Source: Nemertoderma westbladi | Taxonomy: Eukaryota > Animalia > Xenacoelomorpha | Direction: 5' to 3' | Assembly: GCA_032718475.1 (NCBI GenBank) | Contig: JAUCBJ010001093.1 | Span: 31,770-95,769, forward strand | DNA: 64,000 nucleotides | In this document: in pieces, positions 24,622 to 37,994 of the stretch | Layout of the letters: each line of letters opens with the position of its first letter | Numbering within the stretch: position 1 is the first letter of the stretch | The notes under the pieces: model-generated | What the model saw: only the letters and a program-made list of their open reading frames with translations | Told to the model about the DNA's origin: nothing | Database searches by the model: none | Translations under genes and position numbers: made by a program

Positions 24622-27600
24622 AGTTAGTTATTAATGATAATAAAGATATTATTTTATCAGTTAATCCGTGTAATATTTTAATCACAGGTGACTTTAATGC
24701 CGATTTTACTCGCGCTAGGGCGCATTGTAGTTTAATTAATAAATTGTTACAGGAATTTCAATTAGAGCGCCTCTGTGATTTAAACCCTGTTGATTATACA
24801 TACACTTGTTTCAGAGAAAATTTAGTTTTCCAGTCTACGTTAGATCACTTTTTTAGTAATTTTATATTTTTTGATTTTTTTTTTTTTTTTTGCAAGATAA
24901 CGGTGAGCTGATTCATGATCATACTCTAGTTAGTAATTTATTTAATAATTATTTTACTAATGTTGCCTCTAATTTAGTTAAGAAGTTACCGTTATCAAGT
25001 AATAAATATTTATAGTAATATATATTCGAGCAAATTCAAGACAATTAGCATAGCACAAATAGTAAGGGGTAATTTCTTTATATTTCTTAAATTTCTTTGT
25101 TCTTCGTCTCTATAAGGGAAAATAATTTTATATTTTTTGATAGTATTTTAGAGTCCAGTGTAATACTAATCTATCATCCCACTGTCCAATATTCCTCAAG
25201 GTAGATTTAGACTACTCCAGTGCACAACAGGAAAACTGTGTTAATTCCGCCAATAATACTCAAAAAACTAATGTTAAATATAATCAAGCAACCAGTGCTC
25301 AGCAAGACGAGTATAGAAACCATTTATTTTCCAATTTAAGTGTTATAGCCGAAACGGTGCCTATTTGTGTTTCATGTAGTGATATTTTCTGTACTGATAG
25401 TGAACATAGATTATCTATTTAAAAATACACTTTAGATATTCTAGATTGTATAGATAATAGTAGTAAATGTTTAGTAAATAATAGTGGTAATGGGGGGTCT
25501 CCTTTTAATCATCCCATTCTCGCCGGCTGGACTGAGCATGTGAAGCCATTTAGGGATGAGTCTATGTTCTGACATTCCCTGTGGGTGTCCTCGGGTTGTC
25601 CTAATGCTTCCGTAAACAGTCATTTATTTCACATGCGATGGATCTCTCGGGCTCAATACAAGTATGTCATTCAAAGGTTGAAACGCTCAGTTGATAATGT
25701 GCGTCGCGATAAGTTGATTGATGCTTGCCTGAGAAATAATACCAATATTTTTAAGGAGATTAAGATACTCCGTTTTACTCCAAGTATCATGAGCTCAACC
25801 ATTGATGGTTGTACTGATCCACAGTCAATTGCTAACCGGTTTGCTGGTATTTGTACAATCAACCCTATGGATCTGATGTAGAGTCACTCATGAAAGAAAT
25901 CTCAGCTAAGTTAGCGGATTGTCCACCGGACGTCATTCCCCATGTCTTTCCGGAATTGGTCACAGAGGGTCTTCATAGAATCAAAAGTTGTAAATCGGAT
26001 GTAATCTTTGGTTTTGATTAGGACTGTCTGATCCATGGTCCTCCAGAGTTGTGTTTACAACTTAGTGATTTGTTTAATACTTTTCTCACGCACGATTTTG
26101 TCCCTCAATTTCTATCGAGTTGCGTAATAATTCCTTTGATCAAGGATAAGCTTGGAGACGATGCTGTCTCCAGCAATTACCGCACCATCGCGTTGTCATC
26201 AATCTTGATTAAATTGTTCGAATGGGTGATGCTTCTTTCACAAGCGGATCATTTGAAGTTAGACGAACTTCAGTTCAGATTTCAGAAAGGATCTAGTACA
26301 ACTCATTGTACCTGGGCAGCTACTGAGGTAATCAGTTTCTATTCTAGAAATTCTACTCCTGTAGTTGGCTATATGCTTGGAATGGTGTAAGTTGTTTCTT
26401 GAACTACTCGAGAAAGGGTTTTCCCTATTTTTCCTTCGGACCTTGTTATGGGTATATAGTAATCAATCATGCGTTGTTCGCTGGAACAATGCGAATTCTG
26501 AGTCAATTAAATTGTCTAACGGGGTTCGTCAGGGTTCAGTGGCATCACCAATTCTCTTCTGTATACTACTTGATAAACTGATTCATAAATTAAGGAACTC
26601 AAAAATAGGTTGTTACATTGGTTTAGTCTATTTGTGGAATTCTCGTTTATGCAGATGATCTGTTATTGATCGATTATATTGATATTGATTGATTGATTGT
26701 TGTGTCCATCCATCGTAAGACTACAGTACATGGTGAAGCTATGCGAAGAGTTCGCTGCCAAGCATAAGCTAATATTTAGTACGAATTCAAATCCTGACAA
26801 GTCAAAGTCAAAGTGTGTGGCCTTTGACAAGGTATGGCAGGAGCCTTTGGTCTCCATCGTATTGAATGGGACGTCCCTTCCATGGCTGAAAGAAGCTCTG
26901 CAACTTGGTAACCTTCTTGACTTCAAAAATTCAATGGAGCCTGATATTTTGTTAAATGGTGGGAAGTTTTTGGGCAAATTTAATTCATTAAGGGGGGGGT
27001 AGCGCATTTTCTGACCAAAAAGACGAATTTTTGAAACATGTCCTATCTGATGCAGAATTTCATGCTGAATCCAAATATGGAAACCGTTTTCCGATATCTT
27101 GCTTAGTTTTCGAGATATCTTGGATAGAAGATACTAGCTCCGATATATCGCGATATCGGTAAAGGCGATGAAGTTCGGGGTTTTCATTCAATTCAAATTT
27201 CTGTAAATTTCTGTGCCCAGTGGTGCCAATTGGATGTCTCCACGAGAAAGAGCACAAAATTTTAATTGAGAAGGTATTTTTTTATGATTATTGGACCTAC
27301 TGATCAGTTTATAAGACAACTTCAAGTCTCCGGAATGAAGACTGGACTCGAATAAGTGACTCTGCAGTCTTTGCGCGATTACACGGAATAGACTTATTGG
27401 TCATTGGAGATCTTAAAAATGTATAATCTCCAGTTCTAGTGGTCGTACGAAGTTCGTTTTAGGCTCATTCGAAAGCTATTTTCTTAGAGAACAAAGTTAC
27501 CATTTGATTTAAGACAAAATGGTTGTACAGCAACATAACATGAATTTGGGTAAAATATGCCTTGCAAATTTTGTTCAAGTTATGATTGCTCAGGCAGCTT

Positions 27601-28330
27601 TCAAGAGTTTGCCAAACCAAATGGTAACTTTGGTCTCTGAGAAAAGAGCTTTCGAATGAGCCTAAAACGAACTTCGTACGACCACTAGATTATACATTTT
27701 GTAGATCTCCGATTACCGATAAGTCTATTCCGTGTAATCCCGCAAAGACCGCAGAGTTGCTTATTCGAGTCCCGTCTTCATTCCGGAGACTTGAAGTTGT
27801 ATTATAAACTGATCAGTAGGTCCAATAATCATAAAAAAATACCTTCTCATTTAAAATTTTGTGCTCTTTCTCATGGAGACATCCAATTAGCACCACTGAG
27901 CACAGAAATATGCAGAAATTGAATGCAAACCCCAAACTTCATCGCCTTTACCGATATCGCGATATATCGGAGCCAGTATCTTCTATCCCAGATACCTCGA
28001 AAACTAAGCAAGATATGGGAAAACGGTTTCCATATTTGGATTCAGCATGAAATTCTGCATCAGATAGGATATGTTTAAAAAATTCGACTTTTTGGTCAGA
28101 AAATGCGCTACCCCCCCCCCCCCCCTTAACACAAGAATTTTATTATTCAGATCCGTTTGTGCTTTGTAACATTCAGCGCACTTACTGTACGTACATCCTT
28201 CTATGGTAGTAATCTTTGGGACCTCTTTTCCTCATCTTGTTCTAGAATTTTTAGTACTTGGAATATTAATGTTAGGATAATATTAGGGTTACTGTATAAT
28301 TCACACAGGATTATTGTTGAAAATGTTTAC
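24622..28330 (+). pseudogene. LINE ORF2 remainder (APE end, RT, C-terminus) with many stops and frameshifts
   Basis: ITGDFNADF; GWTEHVKP; IIPLIKDKLGD..SSNYRTIAL; GVRQG; YADD; PDKSKSKC; FNSL|TQEF across the foldback insert; FYGSNLWDL. Confidence 0.85.
26992..28125. mobile_element. Non-autonomous foldback DNA transposon with TTAA TSD (Kolobok-like GG...CC ends)
   Basis: TTAA at 26988-26991 and 28126-28129. Inverted arms exceed 500 bp (the ORFs 27060-27257 minus and 27859-28050 plus mirror each other). Removing it restores LINE coding FNSLTQEF. Confidence 0.88.
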
Positions 28331-28521
28331 TGTTTACTGTTTATTGACATTATTTATTTACTTATTTTTGGAATTATATTTTTTTACTATAGCCATAATG
28401 TATTTATTATTATATCTTTTGGTTTTACTGTTGTGCTTTTGTGTACCCTAATGAAAATCTGGTGTACGAAATTAAATTAAATTAAATTAAATATAAATCT
28501 TTCTGGAATTCTATGTGATGA

Positions 28522-29151
28522 TTAGTAGCTGTTTAAGGTTTCGTATAGATCTCTTGCCGGTGAGTTAAGGAGTATAGGCCCAACTTCTTTAGCCGTAATA
28601 TTGTCAAGGGCGGCTACAACGTGATGGAATTTCGTAGAATCAGTCGTTATATTGCGGGTGGCAAATTGGGATTCAATATGAACAAACCAGATTTCTGGGT
28701 TTTCCGTCCAGAACGAGGGCAGTTTTAATCCGACGGCCTGAACTGCGTTACCAGTAGTGTCGTTAATGGCAGAGTTAGCAGCTGTGGGAAGGAAACCTTG
28801 TAGGGCCGCAGCCAAGGCTGTTATATCCTCGGCGGAGAGAGGCATTGTGGCACGAATAGGCCCTAGCTGGTTTTATAGATAAAACATTGAGTTCACAATA
28901 TTCTATTGCCGGGTCACCAATTTGGCGAACAAGCTAATATAATGCAATTATTATTTATAAGATAAAGGAATATGTGATTAACAACAATATGAGACAATTT
29001 AATATAATATTCGATATATAGTCCTACAGTGTGCAGTGCGACAGCAGTGCTGGTGTGTGCTGTACGGTATCTGATAGTGGAAACTGGGCGAGAGTTGTTG
29101 TTGTCTCTGTTGCCTAGCAACATTATATATGGTTGTGTTCTGTATGCCACA
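28522..29151 (-). mobile_element. Truncated Gypsy-type LTR element: 5' LTR (28921-29151), primer site and gag N-terminus (28522-28845)
   Basis: Gag start VGLKLPSFWTENPEIWFVHIESQF..RNIT.DSTKFHHVVAALD. Primer-site-like TGGTGACCCG directly follows an LTR-like TGTGGC...GCCAAA segment. Confidence 0.75.
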
Positions 29152-31169
29152 GTACAACTGCTGTATCTTGATAATTACTGTAATGTATTACATTATTTCC
29201 TAACACATAACAAAACATGCGGAATTAACATTAATGGCTAGGAATTAAGTTTAATGCTAAGGATTAATTTCCTTGATTACCCTTAATGACTGCAACATAT
29301 ACAAAGTAAATTACGAAAAGTATACGGTGCATGAGAATAGGTAGCTGAAATATTTAAACAGAACAAAATGCTAATTTTTATTATTGGAAATCCATCCACA
29401 TCGTCATGCTTTCTAATCATATCGATTAAAAATTGATGATAATAATTTTGAATAACCATGTGAACAGTGTCAGAGTATATAATTTAATTCGATGTTCGTC
29501 GGTGTTTCAAATACCAACAGCTGGTTTATTGGGTTTGTTAAGAACTCGGTATTTCGAATCTTAATTAACAATCTCTGCGATCTAAGGAAATTCAATTCTT
29601 AGTTATTTTAAGCGTTTCAATTCACTTATCTCTACCAGCAAATTCCTATGAACGCAATTAAATGTTAAATGTTGAACATGGGACGTGACATTTTCTGCGT
29701 TTTTTCGATAAATTATACCTTAAATATAACGATGCATGGTACTGTATCATTAAAATTATTTTTAATTATTATATAAGATATATTTCATATATTCATTAAA
29801 AGGGATATATGGGGAGGGGGGAGGGACTGGAAGCTAATCCCATCTCGGAGAATTAATATCTCGCCTCTGTGTTAAATATTATTAAATATTATATTCAATT
29901 TTTAAGGAAAGGAGCAGGTTAAAGTGGCACGTTATTCGACCAAAACAATAAACTAATGTCAACAGAACAGGTTACATATTTATTTTTTGGGAGTAATCAG
30001 CTATTTGCATCGATTTTCCTCTGGAAAGGGATACATTTTCTTTGAAACGAAGGTCCCTACACCCCCCCCCCCCCCCCCCCCCCCCTCCCTCCTCCTTTAA
30101 CTGTTCAATTTTTACAATAATTGAGTTCAAATGTAATTAAATATAATTAAGTTTCTAAAATATCCAATAAAATTATAATTGATATCCTATGAATATTTCT
30201 TAGTAATCAATGAATTGAATATATCATATCGAATGAAAGTAGAAATATATTTTAGAGGACGCTCGCAAGAACATATCTAATTGATTTTAATCAACCAAAT
30301 TATTTCAAGTCAAATTTATAACATTTCCACGAAGAAACTTGAGCACATCCGATCTGTTGTAAATGCCATTGAAGTTTTGAGTTTTCTTGTGATAATTAGA
30401 TGGCATTGAAAATATGTCAGAGATTAACACGAAGCCCTTCCATGGGATACTTTCTCAAGAAGGTCACATTCACTATCTTGCCATTTTTTGTTGGAAATAG
30501 CAAAGCGTTTTTCTGATAGTCAATCAGTGACATTCGAAACCAATAAGTGACACTGATTATTTTGCGCGGATGTATTTAATTACATTACCCTATCAAGGCC
30601 TTGTCACACCTAACGTATGACTTCAAAAGAATGAAATTACCCGTATTACCCAGTTTGATAACTAAACCTCAGTTACCGTCTCCCATTTATACTGTAGTGT
30701 ATCATCAAATGTGCTTCAAATCGAGTTGCCAGTTAGATGATCAACGTTTTATTTGTTGTTTTGTAATCAGCACTACTACCCCCCCCCCCCCCCCCCCCCC
30801 CCCGCAGATGTTGCGCTGTTAAACTGAAATGGTTTGAGGGTTTGGCTGATACCTACAGAAACAGCTCAGTAAGTTACATGAAACTTCTGGTCCAATGAAA
30901 TTACGGTCCCCAAATTTTGTTGAGATTGTGAATTGGCGTCAGACATTCCTGTCATTGTTAATAAATTGTCATTAAATTCTGATCTAGATGCAATAAAAAA
31001 CAATTCTAAAATTTGTGATTATTATATGCGAACACCCCCCCTAAAAATTTAAGGGGCCCCCAAATTTATATTAGCCGGTTAGCCCCGGGCCCCGATATAG
31101 CTTAATCCGGCCCTGTGTAAATTTCCCAGCCCTCACAGTCAGAAAGGTACTGGTGGTAAGTAAAGTTAA

Positions 31170-34100
31170 CCCTCTACCACATTTACATACATATATGATA
31201 CAAACCATTTATGAGGCTATAAAACCATCCCATTGGCCACTCACTCACTATTGTTTCTTGTAGAGGACTCTCTGATAATTGGACAATCCATTTTTATACA
31301 GTAAAACATAGCTCCATCTAGTGATCACATCAGGAAAGTGTTTGAGTTACTCATATTCCAAAACTCATACAACTTGAAAATCAGCTGTGTTTGATTAAAC
31401 TCATTTAGTGTTCATGTAATGCACAGTAATAGAAAAAATATGATTTATGTGCCAAAATTAACAAGGAAGAGTCTGGTGACACCAAAAACGTGTAAAATTA
31501 TAATTTTCATAATCAAATTGTTAATAATATGAATGTATCATATATGATACACTGCGTGTAGGAACTGCGTATCATATATGGTACACTGCGTTTATAGTGA
31601 TCTTATCTGAATGTCAGATATATATTTAAGGATAAAACTACCGGTTCCTTTTACATTTTTGTGTACCTTCATCGTAAAACTTTTATTATACTGCTCTTTG
31701 TGTCAAACTCCACCCACAATGGAAATATCAACCAAAAAATTCTATCAGATATCTCGCCGGAACTTACCCTCGGATTCAAGCGACAGCGAACTTGAGTCGG
31801 GGGAGGAAGATGAAGATTTTGGAATCGATGACAGTGTAAACTCTGAAGACAACATCAGTAATCCTGAAATGTTGGTTGATGATGAGGACAGTACCGGTAG
31901 GCCTATCGGAACCACTGAACAGCCCCAGCCTAAAATTGTTCATACTGACGAAGAAATCATTTCCGTACTAGAGTCTGCAGGCCTTATAACTGTAGATTTC
32001 GTAGATTATGCAGATAGTGAACCTGAGATACCACAATCTAGACCAATTGTTCCTGCTCCAGAATCGCCACGCCCATTGATTAAAGCTTATCCTAAACGTA
32101 CTCGATGTCCAAGAATTTCATTATCAGCTTCAACATCGCACAATAAGCATATACATGTTGAAAAAACAAGGTCAAAATCGAAGACAAATGCGCATCCATC
32201 TGCCGTCTTACAGGACGACCAATCGGTGTCAATCAATAACCAATTATCTCTGAACAGTAACCAGCCGGATTGTAATCAAGAAGCATCACAACCTTCTTCT
32301 AAGAAAGCAAAGACAACGATTAATTGGAGATCAGGGTCTCTTGAAAGGTCTGAAGAAGACAAGATGTTCAAAGATGATTCTAAATTAGGTGATGAGTATT
32401 TGGTTCTTGATACTCCCACAAAACTCTTCCTTAAGTTCTTCCCTCCAGATCTCATTGAACATATTACAGAGCAGAGCAACTTGTTTTCTGTACAGAAGAG
32501 TTGTTCTAACTCGAGCGGCAAACAAACAAAACCGTTAAATGTGAAAGTGGAAGAAATGGAGCAGTTCATTGGAACTTGTATTATAATGTCGATAATCCGT
32601 GTTCCAAATATTAGAAGATATTGGTCACCACAGATTCGTATAAACGCAATAGCTGATATAATGACGTTGAAATGTTGGGAAAATATAAAGCAGAACCTAC
32701 ACTTTAATGACAACTCAGTTATTAACTATTCAAACTTAGATCCATTATTTAAAATACGCCCAGTGTTGGAGAGAGTTCGTAACGAATTTGCAAAGGTACC
32801 TAAAGAGCACAAACTGTCGGTTGATGAACAAGTCATCCCTTTTAAGGGGAAGAGTCAATTAAAACGCTACAATCCCAAGAAGCCTCATAAATGGGGTTAT
32901 GTTATGTACATGTTATGCGGCACTTCTGGATTTGCATATGAACTCGAATTCAGTGCAGGTAAAGTTGAGATGATACCTGAGGAGGACATTGGAGCCAGTG
33001 GAAATGTAGTAATTCGTCTCTGTCGTTCTATTACTCATAACGTCAACCATCAGGTGTACTTTGATAATTGGTTCTCCAGTATAACCTTAGTACAGACCTT
33101 AGCTAAGAGAGGAATACTTTGTCTTGGAACCGTTCGAAGCGATCGTTTAAAGGGCTGTATAATGAAAGATGAAATGAAACTTCGGGGAAGTTATGAGGAG
33201 AAAGTATGTGATGTCGATGGCGAGACTATTAGTTGTGTTAAGTGGAAGGATAATAAAATTGTTCATTTTATCTCATCTTTTGTTGGTGTAAAACCCGCCA
33301 CTACTGTTCAACGATGGAGCAAATCAGAGAGACAGAAGATAGATATATCGAGCCCTGCTGTGGTTGGGGAGTACAACCAGCACATGGGAGGGGTAGACCT
33401 TCTGGATTCCCTTATAGGGTTGTATCGTTGTCGAATTAGATCAAGAAAGTACTACATGAGAGTCTTTTTTCACCTGATAGATCTAGTTATAGTCAATGCA
33501 TGGATATTGCACCGCCGAATTTGCGAACAGAATGGCGAAAATATCAGATATAATCACCTGTGTGATTTCAAGCAAGAAATTGGGATAGTCTTATGTAATG
33601 CCGGAAAAGCTACAACCAGTGGTAGTAAGAGAGGTCGACCAAGTACGACGGTGGAGGAGTCAATGATCATGAAGCGACGCAGAGGTCCAGCAGCTGTTGT
33701 ACCTGTAAAGGAAATTCGATTGGATGGTTTGAATCACTGGCCTGTGTGGGCACGGGATCAGGAAACAACTAAGAGTGTTCGGGGCCGCTGTAAATACCCA
33801 CATTGCAAGGCTGCAACATTTATATCATGCAACAAGTGCCATGTGAACTTGTGTCTTAATGGTGATCGAAATTGCTTCACACTTTTTCACACTGAACAAT
33901 GAGGAGGTATTGGTTTTCCATACGAAATTAAATTTATAATTTTGTTAATAATAAATATATTAATAAGAATTGAATTAATAATACATTTGATATTGTATAT
34001 TTAATTCTTCAATAATTATTTTGTACTTTTGTACTTACTAACAGTAACAAGATCAAATTATCTCAATTTACTAAATTGAGTAAATCTCAAAATTTATAAT

Positions 34101-34386
34101 TCTGGATAATTGAAATATATAATAATCAATTTAAATGTTCGTTTATTACAAATAATATTATTTTCTGTCAAAAGTTAATATAATATATTACAAATTTCCC
34201 GGTTTGTATCATGTATGATACAAAGTTGAAATCGCAGAGTGTCATATTTGATACAAACTGCTAAAGCCTTACCAAAATATGCCAAAAATTTTTTTTAGTG
34301 TTTTTCTCCATATTTGAGGTCATTTCAACTAGGAAAACACAAAAAAAAATTTTACAACCGAAATTCATAATTTAAGTTGTAGAGGG
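31170..34386 (+). mobile_element. piggyBac DNA transposon, apparently complete
   Basis: TTAA TSDs (31166-31169 and 34387-34390), terminal IR CCCTCTAC.../...GTAGAGGG, and subterminal palindromes GTATCATATATGATAC-like at ~31191, 31534, 31568, 34204 and 34241. Confidence 0.93.
31719..33902 (+). CDS. piggyBac transposase (PGBD3-like)
   Basis: DDD triad in LSVDEQ, YFDNWF and MGGVDLLD; YNPKKPHKWG; C-terminal Cys-rich domain C..C...CNKCHVNLC..RNCF..FH. The ORF is open from 31611; the likelier ATG is 31719. Confidence 0.92.
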   Translation: MEISTKKFYQISRRNLPSDSSDSELESGEEDEDFGIDDSVNSEDNISNPEMLVDDEDSTGRPIGTTEQPQPKIVHTDEEIISVLESAGLITVDFVDYADSEPEIPQSRPIVPAPESPRPLIKAYPKRTRCPRISLSASTSHNKHIHVEKTRSKSKTNAHPSAVLQDDQSVSINNQLSLNSNQPDCNQEASQPSSKKAKTTINWRSGSLERSEEDKMFKDDSKLGDEYLVLDTPTKLFLKFFPPDLIEHITEQSNLFSVQKSCSNSSGKQTKPLNVKVEEMEQFIGTCIIMSIIRVPNIRRYWSPQIRINAIADIMTLKCWENIKQNLHFNDNSVINYSNLDPLFKIRPVLERVRNEFAKVPKEHKLSVDEQVIPFKGKSQLKRYNPKKPHKWGYVMYMLCGTSGFAYELEFSAGKVEMIPEEDIGASGNVVIRLCRSITHNVNHQVYFDNWFSSITLVQTLAKRGILCLGTVRSDRLKGCIMKDEMKLRGSYEEKVCDVDGETISCVKWKDNKIVHFISSFVGVKPATTVQRWSKSERQKIDISSPAVVGEYNQHMGGVDLLDSLIGLYRCRIRSRKYYMRVFFHLIDLVIVNAWILHRRICEQNGENIRYNHLCDFKQEIGIVLCNAGKATTSGSKRGRPSTTVEESMIMKRRRGPAAVVPVKEIRLDGLNHWPVWARDQETTKSVRGRCKYPHCKAATFISCNKCHVNLCLNGDRNCFTLFHTEQ

Positions 34387-35337
34387 TTAAGGTTATTTAA
34401 TGTGTATAATTATACATATAAATAGTTATATTGTTTATTTAACTCACACTATCCAACACTTCGTACTATTATTGTCCTCAGTATCATTATAAAGTTCTCC
34501 GAGACAACAATCAGTCGTGTTTGTTGATAAGTTGATGTATCGCGAATTTTCTGGACAATTGTTGATGGATTGGTTCATATCCAAACTACTGCTGTTTGAT
34601 GATAACATGCTGATCAGAAACGCTTTCTATAAAAAAATTAATTTCAAAATAGAAGCTAATTTGCAATCAATACATATATTTTTGTAAATAATTAAATTAT
34701 ATAGATACTAAAGTAAGTACAATCGTTGCTAACACTCCATCTATACTCCAACTATCCAACTAAGCAATCCACCTATACTCCAACTCTCCAACTAAACACG
34801 CCACCCATGCCGTACAGTATCTTGAGGTACCGGCAAGCCGACTTTAGAGGAGTATATTCAAACATTTCAATGGGGTCGGAGTTGGGGGCTACCCTCGTTA
34901 CTAAAACACCATCTCATTAATAAATATAATATATTTCTGCCTCTAGGGCCATCAGCAGAGAAACAATTACTGGAATACCGAACTATACTGCTAATCAATC
35001 AGAAATATGTAAACTAAATTTTTATTTACTAAACTCAGACCCTATTGAAAAGGTTACAGTATCTTAATGTATCTGACTCTTAACTCAGGCAATATTATTT
35101 CCTCCCCAGGGGAAATTCGACGCAAATATTCCTACTAGGTAAAATGAAACTGCAACCTGTAGACTCTTGTTAAATGTTTTGGTTTGGATAGAATAACATG
35201 CCACTACTGTTGAACTATAAAGTATTCCTTACACCTCCTATATTATTTATCAACATTTTCCGTTTGCCAATATGGGAATATTTGAATTGGAAATATGACA
35301 ATTCGGACCCATTGTTTAAAATCATATTTTTTGTATG

Positions 35338-35497
35338 GGTCCCAATTGTCCGGCTCCAAATTGTCCGGATCCCAATTGTCCGGGTCCCAATTGTCCGGTT
35401 CCCAATTGTCAGGATCCCAATTGTCCGGGTCCCTATTGTCCGGGTCCCAATTGTCCGGGTCCCAATTGTCCGGGTCCCAATTGTCCGGGTCCCAATT
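35338..35497. repeat. 15-bp tandem repeat GGGTCCCAATTGTCC, about 10 copies
   Basis: Directly visible. It explains the PIVRV and SGSQL periodic ORFs. Confidence 0.9.
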
Positions 35498-36628
35498 GAA
35501 TTGTTAAGCAGATAGCGCAAATGTCTAATCAATATAACATAAGTTAGCATTCAATTGCAGTCAGTGGCATTCATAAGTCTTCCACTGCACTGTATGATAG
35601 GATAAGAATACTTGCATTGGATACTTGCATGTCTGAGTAGGCTGTGTGATGGGGCAGTTCCAACCAGTAGTGAACCTTGATCAATATATATATACAGTAT
35701 ATCACACAAGCTGATAAATGCAATAGCCCGAGGAAAGAAAACCTGTATACAAATTTTAATTAGTGGTCGAAGAAATCTGGAACTTGGCAAAATTATACTA
35801 CTACTGAACATTACTTGTCCATGTTCTCATGAATGTACTCAAGATGGCAATCTATGTAATTGAAAGGGCAGTTCAAGATAAGCCACAGGATTACAGTCAA
35901 TTAGGTCATTAATCAATTGGTTAAACTTTGTGATTGGTACCCCACCTGATGAGTGACCCCAGATCCTAAGCTGTGTTATCAGCTTTCGGAAGTGGCAGCT
36001 AGGGAACAGTAGTGCAGTGCAAACCTACTCATTTATTTGTACAATTGCTACAAAGCTGTCCCTGGGGTTGAGCTTACATGCTTGTTGCAACATATTTAAG
36101 ACAGGCCGTTTGTCTGCACAAAGCTGTCAATCCATGTATCACGTTCCATTACCATTCTATGGGCCTAGGTAACTTATGGGACTTCAAATGTCACGGGCTG
36201 TCTGTCATTGTCAGCTACTTCTTATCCGTTTCTTGTTGTTGAGCTCTATATTTATTTTCATTCAATCATTAATAGGGTTTACTATATACTTTTGCTAAAT
36301 TTTGTATTTGATTTCAATGTTTGCCAAGATCAGTAGCGCACTGATGGTTTTGTACCCCTTGGGGAGGGAGTCTGGACAGCAGTAATAGGCACACACACAT
36401 GCAGAGCAAAACGAATATTTTGAGTTTGTTGTAAAAAACTAAAATAACGATGTCCTCCTCACCACTGGAGGCTTTTTTTGACACATCCAACAGAGCAGAG
36501 ACATTAAGAGCTATCTATGTATGTAGTTATTGTGAATAATAAAATTGTTTATTTTAATTTTCTAATATTAATTCGTAAAGGGGATAGATACATCTACTCT
36601 TGAAAATCACAAAGTTCACTTTACTTCA

Positions 36629-36828
36629 ATGTCAGTCAATGTCACATGATGTCAGTCAATGTCACATGATGTCAGTCAGGGTCACATGATGTCAGTCAGG
36701 GTCCATGATGTCAGTCAGGGTCACATGATGTCAGTCAGGGTCGCATGATGTCAGTCAGGTCACATGATGCCAGTCAGGGTCACATGATGTCAGTCAGGGT
36801 CACATGATGTCAGCCAGGGTTACATGAT
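36629..36828. repeat. ~20-bp tandem repeat GTCAGTCAGGGTCACATGAT
   Basis: Directly visible, about 10 copies. Confidence 0.88.
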
Positions 36829-36829
36829 C

Positions 36830-37000
36830 CTTTAAGAGGTGAATCAAGAAAGTCATGGGCTGTCACCATTATGCTCTCCACGAGGCCCCTAAAGTACAAG
36901 GTTGTGCACTGGCTGGTCCTCACTGGGAAAACAATAACCTACAAAGCGATGTGGGCTCCCTTCAAGTGTCAAGTTTGGAGCTTGGAGGAACCAACGAGAC
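36830..37000 (-). mobile_element. Short decayed RTE-LINE fragment related to 4980-5140
   Basis: Shares TCAAGAAAGTCATGGGCTGT, TGCACTGGCTG and GGAACCAA.GAGAC blocks with the 4980-5140 copy. Confidence 0.6.
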
Positions 37001-37994
37001 GATCACACACCGGAAATATTAATTATATATTTCATGGAAATTAGCATTAAGATTACTAGAAAATACAAGAGGCAACGAGATATTCAACTAGAAACTTCCG
37101 AATGCTTACTAACTGTAAAGAGTAGTCTTTTGGGTCAGATCATGCATACTGATCTGATCTAATGTAAACTGTATCAGGTATTTCATTTATCTCCGCTTAA
37201 AACTTCCATTCAGTTATTTGTCAGTGTCTCTCACGCAATCTTAAAGTAATGAAAATAAGTTGTTATTAACAATATGATGAAAATTCTGGGCATCCACTTT
37301 GAAATGCCACCAGGAGTACAGAATACCTGAAATTGATCCCTAAATATTCACTCACATCAGATAAAGGTATAAAACAATAAATAATTCGTTATTATACTGT
37401 ACTATAGGAGTAATAGGAGTATTCCTATTGGAATACTTTAAGTTGGATTCTCTTTTTTCTTCATTTCAGCTCATATGATATCGGTATGTTTTATTTTAAC
37501 TGCTCCAATGACATCAAATAAATTGCTTGACTTAATCTTAAACATATTTAATAATGTGGTCTATCGGACTAAGACGAATCCACATCCTAGTACTGAATCA
37601 CGTTCTGTCGAAAATAATATATTAAACTCAGATGATAATGATGTGGGAGAAATTGAATGAGACACTCCACGACAATAAGTGTCAACACCCGATGAATTAA
37701 CTTAATGTCTGCTGATAGATGATTGTTTGTATTCGGATAGAGGATATGTATAATGCATTCTAGTTACTAAATGAATAAAAAGACCATAAGCGTACTCCGT
37801 GCTGCAAAGATGCACCAAATATCTGTTGCAGGGAAAGAAATCACAAACCATTAAATACAAACAAACAAACAAACAAACAAACATTCCATAATGTGTATCC
37901 ACAGTCCTCAGTTTCCTCATAACATTGGAACACTTCCTAAAACGATTATCTAACAACTTTATTAGTAGAAAGTTATTATTGGGGCTTTTTATAA

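Larger units (their letters stand above)
10870..28497 (+). mobile_element. CR1/L2-group LINE, near full-length, interrupted by nested insertions
   Basis: ORF1 at 11013-12332. APE endonuclease start (SSYNSTGL..DIVCLQEH) from ~12390 resumes after the LTR element (ITGDFNAD, TLDHF, NLSSHCPI). RT motifs NYRTIALSS, GVRQGSVASPILF and YADD (26648). (AATTA)n tail at ~28470-28497. The 5' end is approximate. Confidence 0.85.
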
